Source: an uncultured Gammaproteobacteria bacterium (GTDB lineage: Bacteria > Patescibacteriota > Patescibacteriia > Magasanikbacterales > GWA2-37-8). Taken from it: a DNA stretch of 64,000 nucleotides. Location of the stretch: positions 83,250 to 147,249 of the forward strand of contig CAZINT010000003.1 of NCBI GenBank assembly GCA_964540825.1, given 5' to 3'. The notes beneath the pieces were generated by a model. That model saw only the letters and a list, made by a program, of their open reading frames with translations. It searched no databases and was not told where the DNA came from. Positions 18,462 to 28,550 of the stretch are shown here, piece after piece. The translations under genes and the position numbers were made by a program. The first letter of the stretch is position 1. Each line of letters opens with the position of its first letter.

Positions 18462-21056
18462 TTATTCCAGGCTTAACGCACACATCTTCGCCGTTGTTGT
18501 TTTAGAAACAATTCCTGTCCCCCGTTTCAGCCCCCAAGGCTTTAAAATTTCCGCCGCATATTTTTCTTGAAAACGAATAACAGCCCGCTTAGTGGCCACT
18601 CCAAAATACCCGGTGACCAGACCTTCCGGATATATACCAGCCTGTTTTTTCAAAAAAGTTTGCAATTTTGTTATACCACTATTACTTTCCCCGGGCCGCA
18701 GTGTCGCGCTAAATCCGCAGGCAGTAATTATTGGCAAAGGTCTACTCTTTTTTTCCGGCAACGCAGGCACGGGTTGCACCGAAAGATTTTTAACCACAGC
18801 CAACGGAAGTGCTGAATTTACGGGAACAACCGTAGCAGTACCGCCGCTCGCATAATTTCCTCCCCCGCCCCTTGCTGCAGACTCTCCAAACAATCCAAAC
18901 GTGGAAAAATCGGTTGTCGTACAGTTGATAGTTTTGGCAGTAGCGTCTATCGTGCAATTTTCTAAGGCTGACCAGGCATCATCATGATAATGATAGATCC
19001 AGAGCGACGATTCGCTCAGCCCCTCAATATCGCTGTTTGCATAATGAAAAGTGATCTGCACCGGAAGATCAAAAGTATCGACCGTGGTTTCAGCGTTCGC
19101 CAGCGCCTTGAGATCAAACACGCGACTGCCCGCACTTCGCAGCGCAAAGCCGGGCCTCCCTAAATTTTCGAGGACTGTCGTACTGGGGAGAGCCTTAATC
19201 TGGAATATCACTTCAGCATGGCCTGCAGCAAAATGAGCGGGAGCAGAAAGCGCCAGCGTCGCGCTTCCGTCTGTCAGGCTCGCGCTACTCCTGGTCGAAA
19301 TGTCTGCACGCGTACTCGTCGCCGCAGTAATGCTTGCCCCACCGCCACAGCCGGTCGTCGTAAATGTTCCCGGAGTCGAGGTCGCATAATTAACCAAAGC
19401 ATCAGCCGAAATAATTTTATAATTGTATTCCGTACACGGCACAAGACGCGTCAGCATAACCGTATGAGTGCGCGTCACTCCCCCGCCCGTATCAGTTACA
19501 GGTGTAGTTGAGGTGTAGGAAGTATCAAGCGAATATACCACTTGTGAAGAAGCCGCTTCATCAGTAACCCAGTTTACCACCGAAGTACTGCCGCTGGGCG
19601 CTGCATACACCCCGGTAATACTTGGCCCCGTTGTATCAATTAGCGTGCGTGCCGTGCCCGGACTCGATTGATTACCGTTCGCATCGAGCGCAAAAATAGC
19701 ATAGTCATAATTCCCGTCCGGAAGCCCCATATCGACGTAGGTATTGAGGCTTGCGCTCATGGTGGTCGAAACCGTTACAAAGGGTCCATCATTATAACTG
19801 CGCTTGAGGGTGAAGGACTCTGTTGTAGCCGGAACATCCCAGGTCAACACGGCACTCGAACCGCTCCGTTCGGCTGCAAGGATAGGGGCGCTGGGGGGAG
19901 TAGCATCAATTGATACCGTCGAGGTAACCCCCGGGCTGTAATACCCATCGGAAGTTTGATTAAAAAGAGTGTAGTAATAGGTTCCGTCGTCTAAACCAGC
20001 ATCCACAAAGGGGGTAGTAACGAGCGATGAAGTTACCGCGCTGCCGTCAGTTGGACTGGCAGGATACGTAGTCATACTGCGCCGAATAGTGACCCCGCGA
20101 TAGTCGCTATCACCAACCCCGCTTGTCCAGCTAAAAACAGCACTGTTCCCGCTGGGAGCAACCGACACATCGGACAGGGCATTAATCGGAAAAAAAGTAC
20201 TTACGACGCCCGATGTGGTGATCGTAGTAATTCTGCCGGTGGTAGTATTAAAATCCATGCCAGAGAGGTCACCTGACCCAATACTCTGGGTCCACAGTAC
20301 CGAACCATTTCCCGCTGAAACTTTTACGAGAACACCCGAGCCGTCGGCAAAATAGATCGCACTGGAGTCTCCTGACGCAGCCAGGCCTTTACTGCTCATG
20401 TAACTACTGAGCGCCGAGGAGAGCACTACATCAGTAGCCCCAAGATCATAGCGGCGCAAAGATCGCGTAGTTGTAAAATAGACAAGCCTTCCCATCCCGT
20501 CAAAGGTAATGCGTGCAGCTGCTGTTGCAAGTGTGGTAGTGGGAGCGCGGTTAGCTAAATCCGTATCATAGGAAATAAGTGACACGCCCTTATTAAAATA
20601 CAATCGGCCATCAATGCCCAAAGCTATATCACCTGTTCCGGCGGCTATGCCGTGAGTTGCGATAAGATTCGCCGTGGTATCACCAACCGCATATTTATAG
20701 GCCGGACCATTGGCCCCGGCTGAGACCAAAATATATACATTCCCTTGTGACACAACAAAGTCAGCAAAAGCAGGAGTGATTATAGGTGTACTGAATACTG
20801 AATTCGAACTTGTTGATCCATCGGCCGAAATTACCGACATCGTCGTGGTACTGGTGCCAAGTACGTATATTTTCCCACTGCTCGGATCAACCCTAACCTG
20901 ACGAGGAACGCCAATAACACTTATATCAGCGGCAGCACTGAGAATGGAATTAAGCACGGGTGTTGCGCGCGCGGGACGAACGGAAACAAAAAAAGCGCTC
21001 ACAATCGCCAGCACGATTACGTATATAATTTTTGCACTTTTTTGAGCACGATACAT
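18462..21056 (-). CDS. Large secreted surface protein (propeller-like and FN3-like repeats, C-terminal peptidoglycan-binding domain)
   Basis: Signal peptide, Ser/Thr-rich beta domains (W.TDE.ASSQV.Y motif) and LQTFLK...VTGYFGVATKRAVIRFQEKY. Confidence 0.85.
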   Translation of the reverse strand: MYRAQKSAKIIYVIVLAIVSAFFVSVRPARATPVLNSILSAAADISVIGVPRQVRVDPSSGKIYVLGTSTTTMSVISADGSTSSNSVFSTPIITPAFADFVVSQGNVYILVSAGANGPAYKYAVGDTTANLIATHGIAAGTGDIALGIDGRLYFNKGVSLISYDTDLANRAPTTTLATAAARITFDGMGRLVYFTTTRSLRRYDLGATDVVLSSALSSYMSSKGLAASGDSSAIYFADGSGVLVKVSAGNGSVLWTQSIGSGDLSGMDFNTTTGRITTITTSGVVSTFFPINALSDVSVAPSGNSAVFSWTSGVGDSDYRGVTIRRSMTTYPASPTDGSAVTSSLVTTPFVDAGLDDGTYYYTLFNQTSDGYYSPGVTSTVSIDATPPSAPILAAERSGSSAVLTWDVPATTESFTLKRSYNDGPFVTVSTTMSASLNTYVDMGLPDGNYDYAIFALDANGNQSSPGTARTLIDTTGPSITGVYAAPSGSTSVVNWVTDEAASSQVVYSLDTSYTSTTPVTDTGGGVTRTHTVMLTRLVPCTEYNYKIISADALVNYATSTPGTFTTTGCGGGASITAATSTRADISTRSSASLTDGSATLALSAPAHFAAGHAEVIFQIKALPSTTVLENLGRPGFALRSAGSRVFDLKALANAETTVDTFDLPVQITFHYANSDIEGLSESSLWIYHYHDDAWSALENCTIDATAKTINCTTTDFSTFGLFGESAARGGGGNYASGGTATVVPVNSALPLAVVKNLSVQPVPALPEKKSRPLPIITACGFSATLRPGESNSGITKLQTFLKKQAGIYPEGLVTGYFGVATKRAVIRFQEKYAAEILKPWGLKRGTGIVSKTTTAKMCALSLE

Positions 21057-21191
21057 GGCTATAGTATAGCATATTTTAGAACTGCCCAAATTAAAACAAA
21101 AAATTTATTGCGCTACTAGCATCCGATAATTGCACAATCATAAGGCGTAGTGTATCCTACTGCTTAAGCAATCTATTTGTAGCACATTTCT

Positions 21192-21509
21192 ATGAATCTA
21201 AAACTTTTCAAAACCGCAGCGATTAATGCCACAGTAACTGCAGCCTATATTGTTCTTGTTGCCTCAGCTCTTTTTTACGCTGAAAACATGAACATTAAGG
21301 AACCGAGCGTGCTCATCCCTATTTTCATGCTCATGCTTCTAGTATTCTCTGCGACGCTCACCGGCTCGCTCATGCTTGGGAAACCAATCCTATGGTATAT
21401 AGACGGAAAAAAGAAAGAAGCGCTCTCGCTGCTCAGTTACACTGTCAGCATCTTCTTTGGCATAATGCTTATTGCCCTTTGCATCATGCTGCTTGTTGGC
21501 ACACGTTAA
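21192..21509 (+). CDS. Small membrane protein
   Basis: Three hydrophobic helices. Confidence 0.75.
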   Translation: MNLKLFKTAAINATVTAAYIVLVASALFYAENMNIKEPSVLIPIFMLMLLVFSATLTGSLMLGKPILWYIDGKKKEALSLLSYTVSIFFGIMLIALCIMLLVGTR

Positions 21510-21535
21510 TACAGTAACTCATCAAACTCGAATTT

Positions 21536-21766
21536 ATGAAAAAATTTACCTGCCAAGAAATAATGGATAACAAAGGCGGCTGCGCTAGGGAATTTACCGG
21601 CGACGATATGATGACGGTAGTCAGCGCCTGCGGCAAACATGTTGCCGAAACAAAGGATGAAGCACACAAACCAATGCACGAGATGATGGCAACCGCCAAA
21701 AAGGAAGATCAGGCAACGTGGTTTGCATGGTTTCAGAATGAATGGAACAAAAAAGCTGACGAATAG
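21536..21766 (+). CDS. DUF1059-like small metal-binding protein
   Basis: MKKFTC...GGC...GDD...KHV...H pattern. Confidence 0.65.
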   Translation: MKKFTCQEIMDNKGGCAREFTGDDMMTVVSACGKHVAETKDEAHKPMHEMMATAKKEDQATWFAWFQNEWNKKADE

Positions 21767-21926
21767 AATCGGGCCACTGCCCACTTGTTAGGCAAACCCC
21801 ACTGCCGCCAGTACTTAAAAACAGCTCCAGAGGCTGTTTTTTGCTTTAAACAATGAATCTGCCAATTTTTGCCAAACAAAATTCTCGTTCAAATGTGATT
21901 CAAATCAAGCGATTACAGCGTACTAC

Positions 21927-22556
21927 CTATTTTTCTACAATCTGGCACGAAGGCGGAAGCACTATTTTGCTTATTTTCTTAGCACACACTACCCCGATAC
22001 CTGAGCCGGCCAAGCCATACAAAAGATCGCGGACGGTGTCAGCATAAATATCCGCCCTATAAAAACCTTGCAAATGACTATTAAAAATAAGATCACATAC
22101 ATATTCCACGACTTCCCAGCCCACCGCGCACCCCACCACAACCCCAAAAGCAATTCCGAGCGCCGCGTATCGCTGACGCATAAATCTGATGCGTAGAATA
22201 GCGTAGACAATCGCCACACCTAAAAAAGGAACAAAAAAATGGAGTGCCTTATCATATCCAAAATGAGTTGTATACAATTTGTAAAGCCCTAAACTTCCGA
22301 GGGCGTCCCCCGCGACCGCAACCACCAACAAAAACTGCAGCAACTCCGTCGCCTGATTTTTATTAGCAGCATCAGGGGCATTCTCTGAAACCTTAAGACC
22401 CTGCGGTAAAAAATACACCACAGCTACCCATACCAAGATAGATACACCGGTAAAATGGGCATCTTGAATAAAAAGCACCCATGCCGGCGGCGCAATTAAA
22501 AGCGCCATGCCAACAGCTGCCAAAAAAATACTCACCAAAAGATTGAAACGTTTCAT
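21927..22556 (-). CDS. Membrane protein (DUF2238-like)
   Basis: Multiple TM helices with YDKALHF, WEVVEY and DTVRDL motifs. Confidence 0.7.
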   Translation of the reverse strand: MKRFNLLVSIFLAAVGMALLIAPPAWVLFIQDAHFTGVSILVWVAVVYFLPQGLKVSENAPDAANKNQATELLQFLLVVAVAGDALGSLGLYKLYTTHFGYDKALHFFVPFLGVAIVYAILRIRFMRQRYAALGIAFGVVVGCAVGWEVVEYVCDLIFNSHLQGFYRADIYADTVRDLLYGLAGSGIGVVCAKKISKIVLPPSCQIVEK

Positions 22557-22698
22557 ACTTTCTGTAATAAGCTAAACAGAGCATCACTCAGCAAACCATA
22601 CGCTTAATCATAGTACCTAAGTACCAAAAAATAGTAAACAAATTGTAAAAATAAATATTCCTGATATACTTACTTCACTTATTAATTAATCTCTATCT

Positions 22699-23244
22699 AT
22701 GCGAAAAACAGGCGCGCTCCTCGGCACACTCGCTCTTATACTTATGATGGGGGCAGGCTGCTCCGCCGGATCAGTCACCACCACTGATTCCAATACCACG
22801 TTGGCTCACTACGAAAATAAAACTAACAAATTTGAGCTCGACTACCCCAAAGATTGGGAAAAGAAAGAAGATGTCCCCGATACTGTTGCGGCCTTTGTTT
22901 CACCACAAAAGGTTCAGGATGACTTTGCAGAAAATATTACCGTAACCATTAAAAAAACTGACGCTGACGTACATGATTATGTCGCTTCTGCCGTACGTAA
23001 TGCCCCAAAATCATACGATGACTTTGTGCTTATCGACGACAAGCCAACGACGCTCGGCGGAGCCGAAGCTGAAATGATTACGTATACCTTTACCTACAAC
23101 AGCATCAAGCCCTACACACGAGAAGTATTTGCTGTAAAAAATGGAACCCTCTACGACGTAACCTTTACCGCCAGCCAAGACAGCCCCGAAGATAACTGGG
23201 ACGTTGCCCAAAAAATCTTGGCGTCCTTCAAAATAACTGAATAG
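22699..23244 (+). CDS. PsbP/DcrB-like lipoprotein
   Basis: Lipobox GAG-C, FELDYPKDW motif and terminal ILASFK. Confidence 0.75.
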   Translation: MRKTGALLGTLALILMMGAGCSAGSVTTTDSNTTLAHYENKTNKFELDYPKDWEKKEDVPDTVAAFVSPQKVQDDFAENITVTIKKTDADVHDYVASAVRNAPKSYDDFVLIDDKPTTLGGAEAEMITYTFTYNSIKPYTREVFAVKNGTLYDVTFTASQDSPEDNWDVAQKILASFKITE

Positions 23245-23332
23245 TCCTGGTAGCTTGCAGAACCTAAAAACTCCTCTTTATTCCCCGAGGGGTTTTATTT
23301 TTACCTAAATCTTTTACAAGAAAGTGTAGGCG

Positions 23333-23956
23333 CTAACGCTTCCTCAAGAGAACGAGCGGCGCAACGAGTATGAGAACAAAAAAACCAATACAGCCATAAT
23401 GCACTCGCTGCCAGCGAATAAGTATCGAAAAGGGATTCGTGGTGTTACGACTTTTTGGGAAAGCTCCAGCTTGCTGTTTTTGCTCAAGCAGCACTTCGCT
23501 TTGCGCGACCCGGCCAAGATCAGTATTCGCACGACTGTAATATATTTTTTTATCCGTGGTTATATAGATTCGTGCTGCATCGTACGAACTATAGGGCTTT
23601 CCGTACCAAGTAACATTTTCTACGCTATAGCTGACTGTTCGTGCAGTTGCTGTATCCAGTTTCACAAGCGGTAGCGACCAAGCATTCTCAAGCACCCATG
23701 TACCATTTTCCTCTATTTTAACGCTCGTAAATTCAAAAAAATAGGGAGCATACAAACTTGCCATGACTCCAAAAAGGCTTGCAAGAATGGCGGCATAATA
23801 CACTGTTTCCCGCCGTCCAAAACCAATGATTTTCGGGCGGAGCGCCAAGACAACAAAACCAACCGCGAGCAAGAAAAAAATACCTAAAAAAAGCGTAAAT
23901 ACAACCAGACCAAATCCTGCCCATCCATTATTGCTGATAATAATATTTTCAACCAT
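23333..23956 (-). CDS. Hypothetical membrane protein
   Basis: Three TM helices around a soluble domain. Confidence 0.6.
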   Translation of the reverse strand: MVENIIISNNGWAGFGLVVFTLFLGIFFLLAVGFVVLALRPKIIGFGRRETVYYAAILASLFGVMASLYAPYFFEFTSVKIEENGTWVLENAWSLPLVKLDTATARTVSYSVENVTWYGKPYSSYDAARIYITTDKKIYYSRANTDLGRVAQSEVLLEQKQQAGAFPKSRNTTNPFSILIRWQRVHYGCIGFFVLILVAPLVLLRKR

Positions 23957-24070
23957 AGAAAAATAATAATGAGAAAAGTATACCATGCGAACCCTGCGGG
24001 AGCCAGAGCAAGATTCGGGTTTGCAGATGCAGCTATATAGTATATAGTGAATGCGCCTACTAACTTACCT

Positions 24071-24916
24071 ATGCCCAACTACGAAATAATCGCCAAAGCT
24101 TTGCGCTTTATTAACGACAAACAACGCGACCAACCCAGCCTCGAAGCTATTGCCGCACATGTTGGTATAAGCCCCTTTCACCTGCAACGCAGCTTTACCG
24201 ACTGGGCCGGAGTAAGCCCTAAAAAATTTTTACAATACCTCAGCCTGGAACGTGCCAAAAGCATTCTTCAAAATCCAAACAATTCAGTCTACGATGCAGC
24301 CAACAAAACCGGACTCTCGGGAACTGGACGACTCCACGATCTGTTTGTAACTATTGAAGGCATGACCCCCGGCGAATACAAAAATGGCGGCAAAAATTTG
24401 ACTATCTATTACAGCTTAAATTCCTGTGCTTTTGGCAACTATCTTGCGGCTGCAACAGAACACGGAATTTGTACGCTCTTTTTTTATGACACCAGCAACC
24501 AGCAAGCAGAAAAAGATTTAGAAATACTCTGGCCTCAGGCGAAGCTCATTAAAAAGAAAATTCCTGTTCACACTCAAATTCAAAAATTTTTTGATCGCAC
24601 CCTTCAAAAAAATGAAAAAATAAAACTGCATCTGCAGGGCACCCCCTTCCAACTCAAAGTGTGGCAAGCTTTGCTGACGATTCCAGAAGGAAGTTTGTGT
24701 TCTTATGGCAGCCTTTCAAACAAAGTCGGCAAACCAGCCGCTCAGCGCGCGGTTGGCACCGCTGTTGGTGACAACCCGGTTGCCTTTCTTATCCCCTGCC
24801 ACCGAGTGATCAAAAGCACCGGCAGTATCGGCAACTACCGATGGCGGCCGGAACGTAAACGCGCCATGATCGGTTGGGAAGGTATGCAAACTGACACCGA
24901 GCAACAAACTTACTAG
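24071..24916 (+). CDS. AraC-HTH / methylated-DNA-protein-cysteine methyltransferase (Ada/Ogt-like)
   Basis: SPFHLQRSF HTH, GTPFQLKVW and active site IPCHRV. Confidence 0.92.
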   Translation: MPNYEIIAKALRFINDKQRDQPSLEAIAAHVGISPFHLQRSFTDWAGVSPKKFLQYLSLERAKSILQNPNNSVYDAANKTGLSGTGRLHDLFVTIEGMTPGEYKNGGKNLTIYYSLNSCAFGNYLAAATEHGICTLFFYDTSNQQAEKDLEILWPQAKLIKKKIPVHTQIQKFFDRTLQKNEKIKLHLQGTPFQLKVWQALLTIPEGSLCSYGSLSNKVGKPAAQRAVGTAVGDNPVAFLIPCHRVIKSTGSIGNYRWRPERKRAMIGWEGMQTDTEQQTY

Positions 24917-25051
24917 CCCCTGTATTTTCAAGGTAAAAACAACTTCGCACACCAAACACCCGCCTCCCACTTGTATATTTTTAGATATCCTTATATACTA
25001 TGCCCATAATCATTAGTATTCACATACTATTTATTTTTAACCATATACTAT

Positions 25052-25333
25052 ATGGCCGGTATGACTAAGTCTGCCTTGCTCAGTGCATTGGCAGAAAAAA
25101 CAGAACTCAGTAAAAAACAAGTAGCGATGTTCTTCGACGAATTAACCGCTATGGCCTATAAAGAAGTTAAAAAGAATGGCGTTTTCGTTATGCCAGGCTT
25201 TGGTAAAATGGTTAAAATGAAACGCGCAGCCCGTACCGGCCGCAACCCAGCTACCGGCGAAGCGATCAAAATCGCCGCTAAAACTGTTGTTAAATTCCGC
25301 TTAGCCAAAGCTGCTAAGGACGCAGTTCTCTAA
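25052..25333 (+). CDS. hup: Second HU family DNA-binding protein
   Basis: MTKS...PGFGK...AARTGRNPATGEAIKIAAK. Confidence 0.93.
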   Translation: MAGMTKSALLSALAEKTELSKKQVAMFFDELTAMAYKEVKKNGVFVMPGFGKMVKMKRAARTGRNPATGEAIKIAAKTVVKFRLAKAAKDAVL

Positions 25334-25353
25334 ACAAAAATCTTCTACGCAAC

Positions 25354-25382
25354 AAAAACCTGCCTCAAAAGCAGGTTTTTTT
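25354..25382 (+). terminator. Intrinsic terminator
   Basis: AAAAACCTGC...GCAGGTTTTT. Confidence 0.8.
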
Positions 25383-25543
25383 GTTTTCAGCTCTTTTTAC
25401 CAAGCATCCTCAAATTTCTTTTAAAGAATAAAATACCATTGACAGATCGGCCTTTTTATGCTTTGATCATGTGTCTGCTTTGGCAAAGAAACCAAACAGA
25501 TACAAGCCTTCTCAACGCTACGAACGAAGTAGGTACAGCGTCA

Positions 25544-26608
25544 ATGTGTCAGTTACCGCTTCTTGAGTGCTATGGAAAATACCCAGGGCACCTCGTTGTG
25601 CCGCCAGAAACAAAATTTGGCTTTATCGGAGGAGATTGCTGGCGCCGCCTCTGCGCCACCCCTGTGTACAGCAGCATGCGTGATATGTCGCGGATGCACG
25701 AAGCAGCTAACGCGGTTGCCAGTGCAACCAACGGTGTCCCGCTCAGCATTCTGACCGTAGGCACCGGCGACGCACAACAGGAAGAGCGGTTCATCCGCTC
25801 GCTCGCCACCCGAAGCCCGATCGAGCGCATCTTGCCCCACGGCATCGATATGGCAGAAAAAATGCGCGGACTTGAACGGCTTCGCACAATTCCGGCACAG
25901 TTCACGCCGCTCGCGGTGGGAGGGAACTTCGACGACAACATCGTCCAGCGCTCGCCCTACGAAACGCCCTGGCATCCGCGCATCGAAGAAGCGTCGAATA
26001 ACCTGACCCTCAGCTTCGGCAACACCTTTGGCAACTTACGCCCCGCCAACCTTGCGCACGTGCTCGAGAAAATCCGGCTGGCCCAACAGGTGTACGCCTG
26101 GGACGAACCGAACAAACCCGGGCACCTCCTTATTGAGTGGACGGCACCCTACACGGGCGACCGTCGCCCTGGCATGACGCAGCTCGATCGGACCACAGAA
26201 ATCGGTGCTATCGAATACGAGTGGTACGAGCGGTCGGCCAGACACTTCTTCGGATTGAATAGCCATCATACAGTAAAGATCAGCTTCGAAACCTTCGGGC
26301 CTTACCCTGACGGCGGCTACGAAATTATCGGGCTGGCCAGCCCGATGGAACACCCTCAGCCGCACGAGAAAGTTATCGTGGCACACTTCCTGCGCTACAG
26401 CCCCGAAGCCATGGTGACAATGGCCCGACTCGCCGGTTTCGTTCCGGTCAACAACGCTCTTTTTCAGAACGGTCCGTCGACCATCATGATCTTTCAGACC
26501 GTTAACGCCGCCACTGCCGGGGACTCCAGCGATATCAAGTCGTCGCTGGGGCCCCGGGCCCCCATAAGCCGCCTTACCAAGCGTAAGGAATCTTCAGGGG
26601 CAGCCTAA
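25544..26608 (+). CDS. Divergent SAM-dependent methyltransferase (EgtD/Methyltransf_33-like)
   Basis: ILTVGTGDA, GIDMA, GGNF and SFGNTFGNL motifs. GC-rich codons, promoter TTGACA 25439 and a weak AGGT SD. Confidence 0.55.
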   Translation: MCQLPLLECYGKYPGHLVVPPETKFGFIGGDCWRRLCATPVYSSMRDMSRMHEAANAVASATNGVPLSILTVGTGDAQQEERFIRSLATRSPIERILPHGIDMAEKMRGLERLRTIPAQFTPLAVGGNFDDNIVQRSPYETPWHPRIEEASNNLTLSFGNTFGNLRPANLAHVLEKIRLAQQVYAWDEPNKPGHLLIEWTAPYTGDRRPGMTQLDRTTEIGAIEYEWYERSARHFFGLNSHHTVKISFETFGPYPDGGYEIIGLASPMEHPQPHEKVIVAHFLRYSPEAMVTMARLAGFVPVNNALFQNGPSTIMIFQTVNAATAGDSSDIKSSLGPRAPISRLTKRKESSGAA

Positions 26609-26670
26609 ACGTTAATTTTCTACCTTGCATTTTTAAAGTAGATATGATTTTCTCCTGTAGGGAGGGATAC

Positions 26671-26934
26671 ATGCTCTATACACCACTTCGAATTGTGCTG
26701 GCCATCATCCTTGGCACAGCCGCCACGATCTACTACTTTTTCTGGGCTATCCGCAAGACCGATGGACCAGATGCCACGCTGACGCTGGCGTGGCTACGTC
26801 ACCAAAATTTTTCACTGCTCCTCGAACCCACGTGGTGGTGGCACAACTACGACTTTCTGCTTACCGCCCTCGCTATGGGCGCAACAGTAGCCATGCTCAT
26901 TCTTCGGGACCTTAACGTGGTTCCACCATCCTGA
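26671..26934 (+). CDS. SD-led orphan small membrane protein
   Basis: GGAGG at 26661-26665, two TM helices and a bulged 3' hairpin at 26938-26969. Confidence 0.65.
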   Translation: MLYTPLRIVLAIILGTAATIYYFFWAIRKTDGPDATLTLAWLRHQNFSLLLEPTWWWHNYDFLLTALAMGATVAMLILRDLNVVPPS

Positions 26935-27045
26935 ACAGCGCCGGCGTTACCCCTGAGGGTCGCCGGCGTCCTGCTTTGTACTATCAAAAAGATGTTGACA
27001 GATATATAAGAACATGCTAATATATTTATATTGTATTCAAGCCCT

Positions 27046-27333
27046 ATGACTGATCTCTGCGCAGAAATAAATCGATTTGGCAAAGGCATCGGTAACGCCA
27101 CTCGCTACCGAATTCTTGAAATACTTCTGGGTGGTCGTAAATCCGTCAATGAACTCGTGAAAATTACGGGGCTATCACAGCCGCTGGTATCGCAACATCT
27201 CAAGCAGCTCAAAAACTGCAACCTCGTTGTGGATGAACGTCGCGGCCAAGAAATCTGGTACGCTGTAAACGCCGAGTACACGCTCAAACTCCTCAAAAAA
27301 CTAGTCCACAATATTCAAAAAAATAAGAAATAA
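27046..27333 (+). CDS. ArsR/SmtB family regulator
   Basis: TRYRIL...SVNEL...SQPLVSQHLKQL...ERRGQ. Promoter TTGACA 26995, 17 nt, TAATAT. Confidence 0.9.
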   Translation: MTDLCAEINRFGKGIGNATRYRILEILLGGRKSVNELVKITGLSQPLVSQHLKQLKNCNLVVDERRGQEIWYAVNAEYTLKLLKKLVHNIQKNKK

Positions 27334-27353
27334 TTTATTAACACACAAAACCT

Positions 27354-27992
27354 ATGCACGCTGATGAAATTATTAAAGCCCTCAACTGGCGCTATGCCGT
27401 ACAAATTTTTGATCCCAGCAAAAAAGTAAGCGATCAGGATCTAACGACAATTCTTGAAAGCGGACGCTTGGCTCCAAGCATGCTTGGGCTTGAACCCTGG
27501 AAGTTTATTGTTGTCACTAACCCGGAAGTACGCGCCAAACTCAAGGAAGCAAGCTATGGACAACCTAAGGTAACCGACGCCAGCCACCTTATTGTTATCG
27601 CCTACCGCACTGACTACGCCGCAATCGGCCGTGATCGTGTTCAGAACGTCGCTGCTGTTCAGAATCAGTCCGTTGAATCACTGTCCGGACTCACCGGCAT
27701 GATTGAAGGGTCCATTGCCGCCCAAACACAAAGTGGCAACGTGGACAGCTGGATCCGGGCGCAAAGCTTCATTCCACTTGGAATGATGGTCGAAACCGCC
27801 GCGCTTCTTGGAGTTGATGGCGGTCCTATGGGCGGATTTAGTCCGCATGTGGTTGATGAAATTCTGGGACTTAAGGCTCAGAATTTACATGCTACCAGTA
27901 TGCTGGCTCTAGGCTACCGCGGCATTGACCCGGCGGCCGCCAGACCCAAAGTACGCCGCGCATTTGAAACGGTTGTCGAATATATTAAATAA
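27354..27992 (+). CDS. Nitroreductase (NfsB-like)
   Basis: WRYAVQIFD, LAPSMLGLEPWKF and PMGGF motifs. Confidence 0.9.
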   Translation: MHADEIIKALNWRYAVQIFDPSKKVSDQDLTTILESGRLAPSMLGLEPWKFIVVTNPEVRAKLKEASYGQPKVTDASHLIVIAYRTDYAAIGRDRVQNVAAVQNQSVESLSGLTGMIEGSIAAQTQSGNVDSWIRAQSFIPLGMMVETAALLGVDGGPMGGFSPHVVDEILGLKAQNLHATSMLALGYRGIDPAAARPKVRRAFETVVEYIK

Positions 27993-27995
27993 TAT

Positions 27996-28026
27996 AAAGG
28001 CCTTCTCGCTTGAGAAGGCCTTTTTT
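27996..28026 (+). terminator. Intrinsic terminator
   Basis: AAAGGCCTTCTC/GAGAAGGCCTTT with T tract. Confidence 0.85.
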
Positions 28027-28055
28027 ATTTCGAACCTGCCTTCGACCCCTACCGC

Positions 28056-28095
28056 TTGACAGACATTTGTAGTTAGTATATACTTGATATATCAA
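28056..28095 (+). promoter_or_regulatory. marR promoter with palindromic operator
   Basis: TTGACA-17 nt-TATACT. The perfect palindrome TTGATATATCAA at 28084-28095 overlaps the -10/TSS region. Confidence 0.7.
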
Positions 28096-28120
28096 CTATT
28101 AATCAAGTAAAGCTCCACGT

Positions 28121-28546
28121 ATGCACCAGACAACACCGACCACCACACTTTTCTTACAGCTTGCCAAAGCAAGCGCCATGCTCACCCGCCGCTTCGACGC
28201 TGGCCTCGGGGGCCTGAGCCTGAATGAGTTTATTATCCTCTACTACCTCAGCCTTGCGCCCGACACCCAACTGCGCCGCACTGACCTCGCTGATAAAGTA
28301 GGGCTTACGGCTTCTGGCATCACCCGCCTTTTGCTGCCGATGGAAAAAATCGGCCTCGTAAAGCGCGAAACCGACAAAACCGACGCCCGGGTCAGCTTCG
28401 TGCGCCTGGCTTCCGGCGGTAAACACAAACTGGCCGATGCTATCGAACGCATCAACGAGCACGGCGAGGAAATTCTTGGGAACGTTCCCCAAAAAAAGCT
28501 GACTGAATTCAGCGCGCTCCTCTGTGCCATCACTAAAAACATCTAA
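28121..28546 (+). CDS. MarR family regulator
   Basis: LTASGITRLL...EKIGLVKR...DAR motif. Confidence 0.9.
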   Translation: MHQTTPTTTLFLQLAKASAMLTRRFDAGLGGLSLNEFIILYYLSLAPDTQLRRTDLADKVGLTASGITRLLLPMEKIGLVKRETDKTDARVSFVRLASGGKHKLADAIERINEHGEEILGNVPQKKLTEFSALLCAITKNI

Positions 28547-28550
28547 CCGT

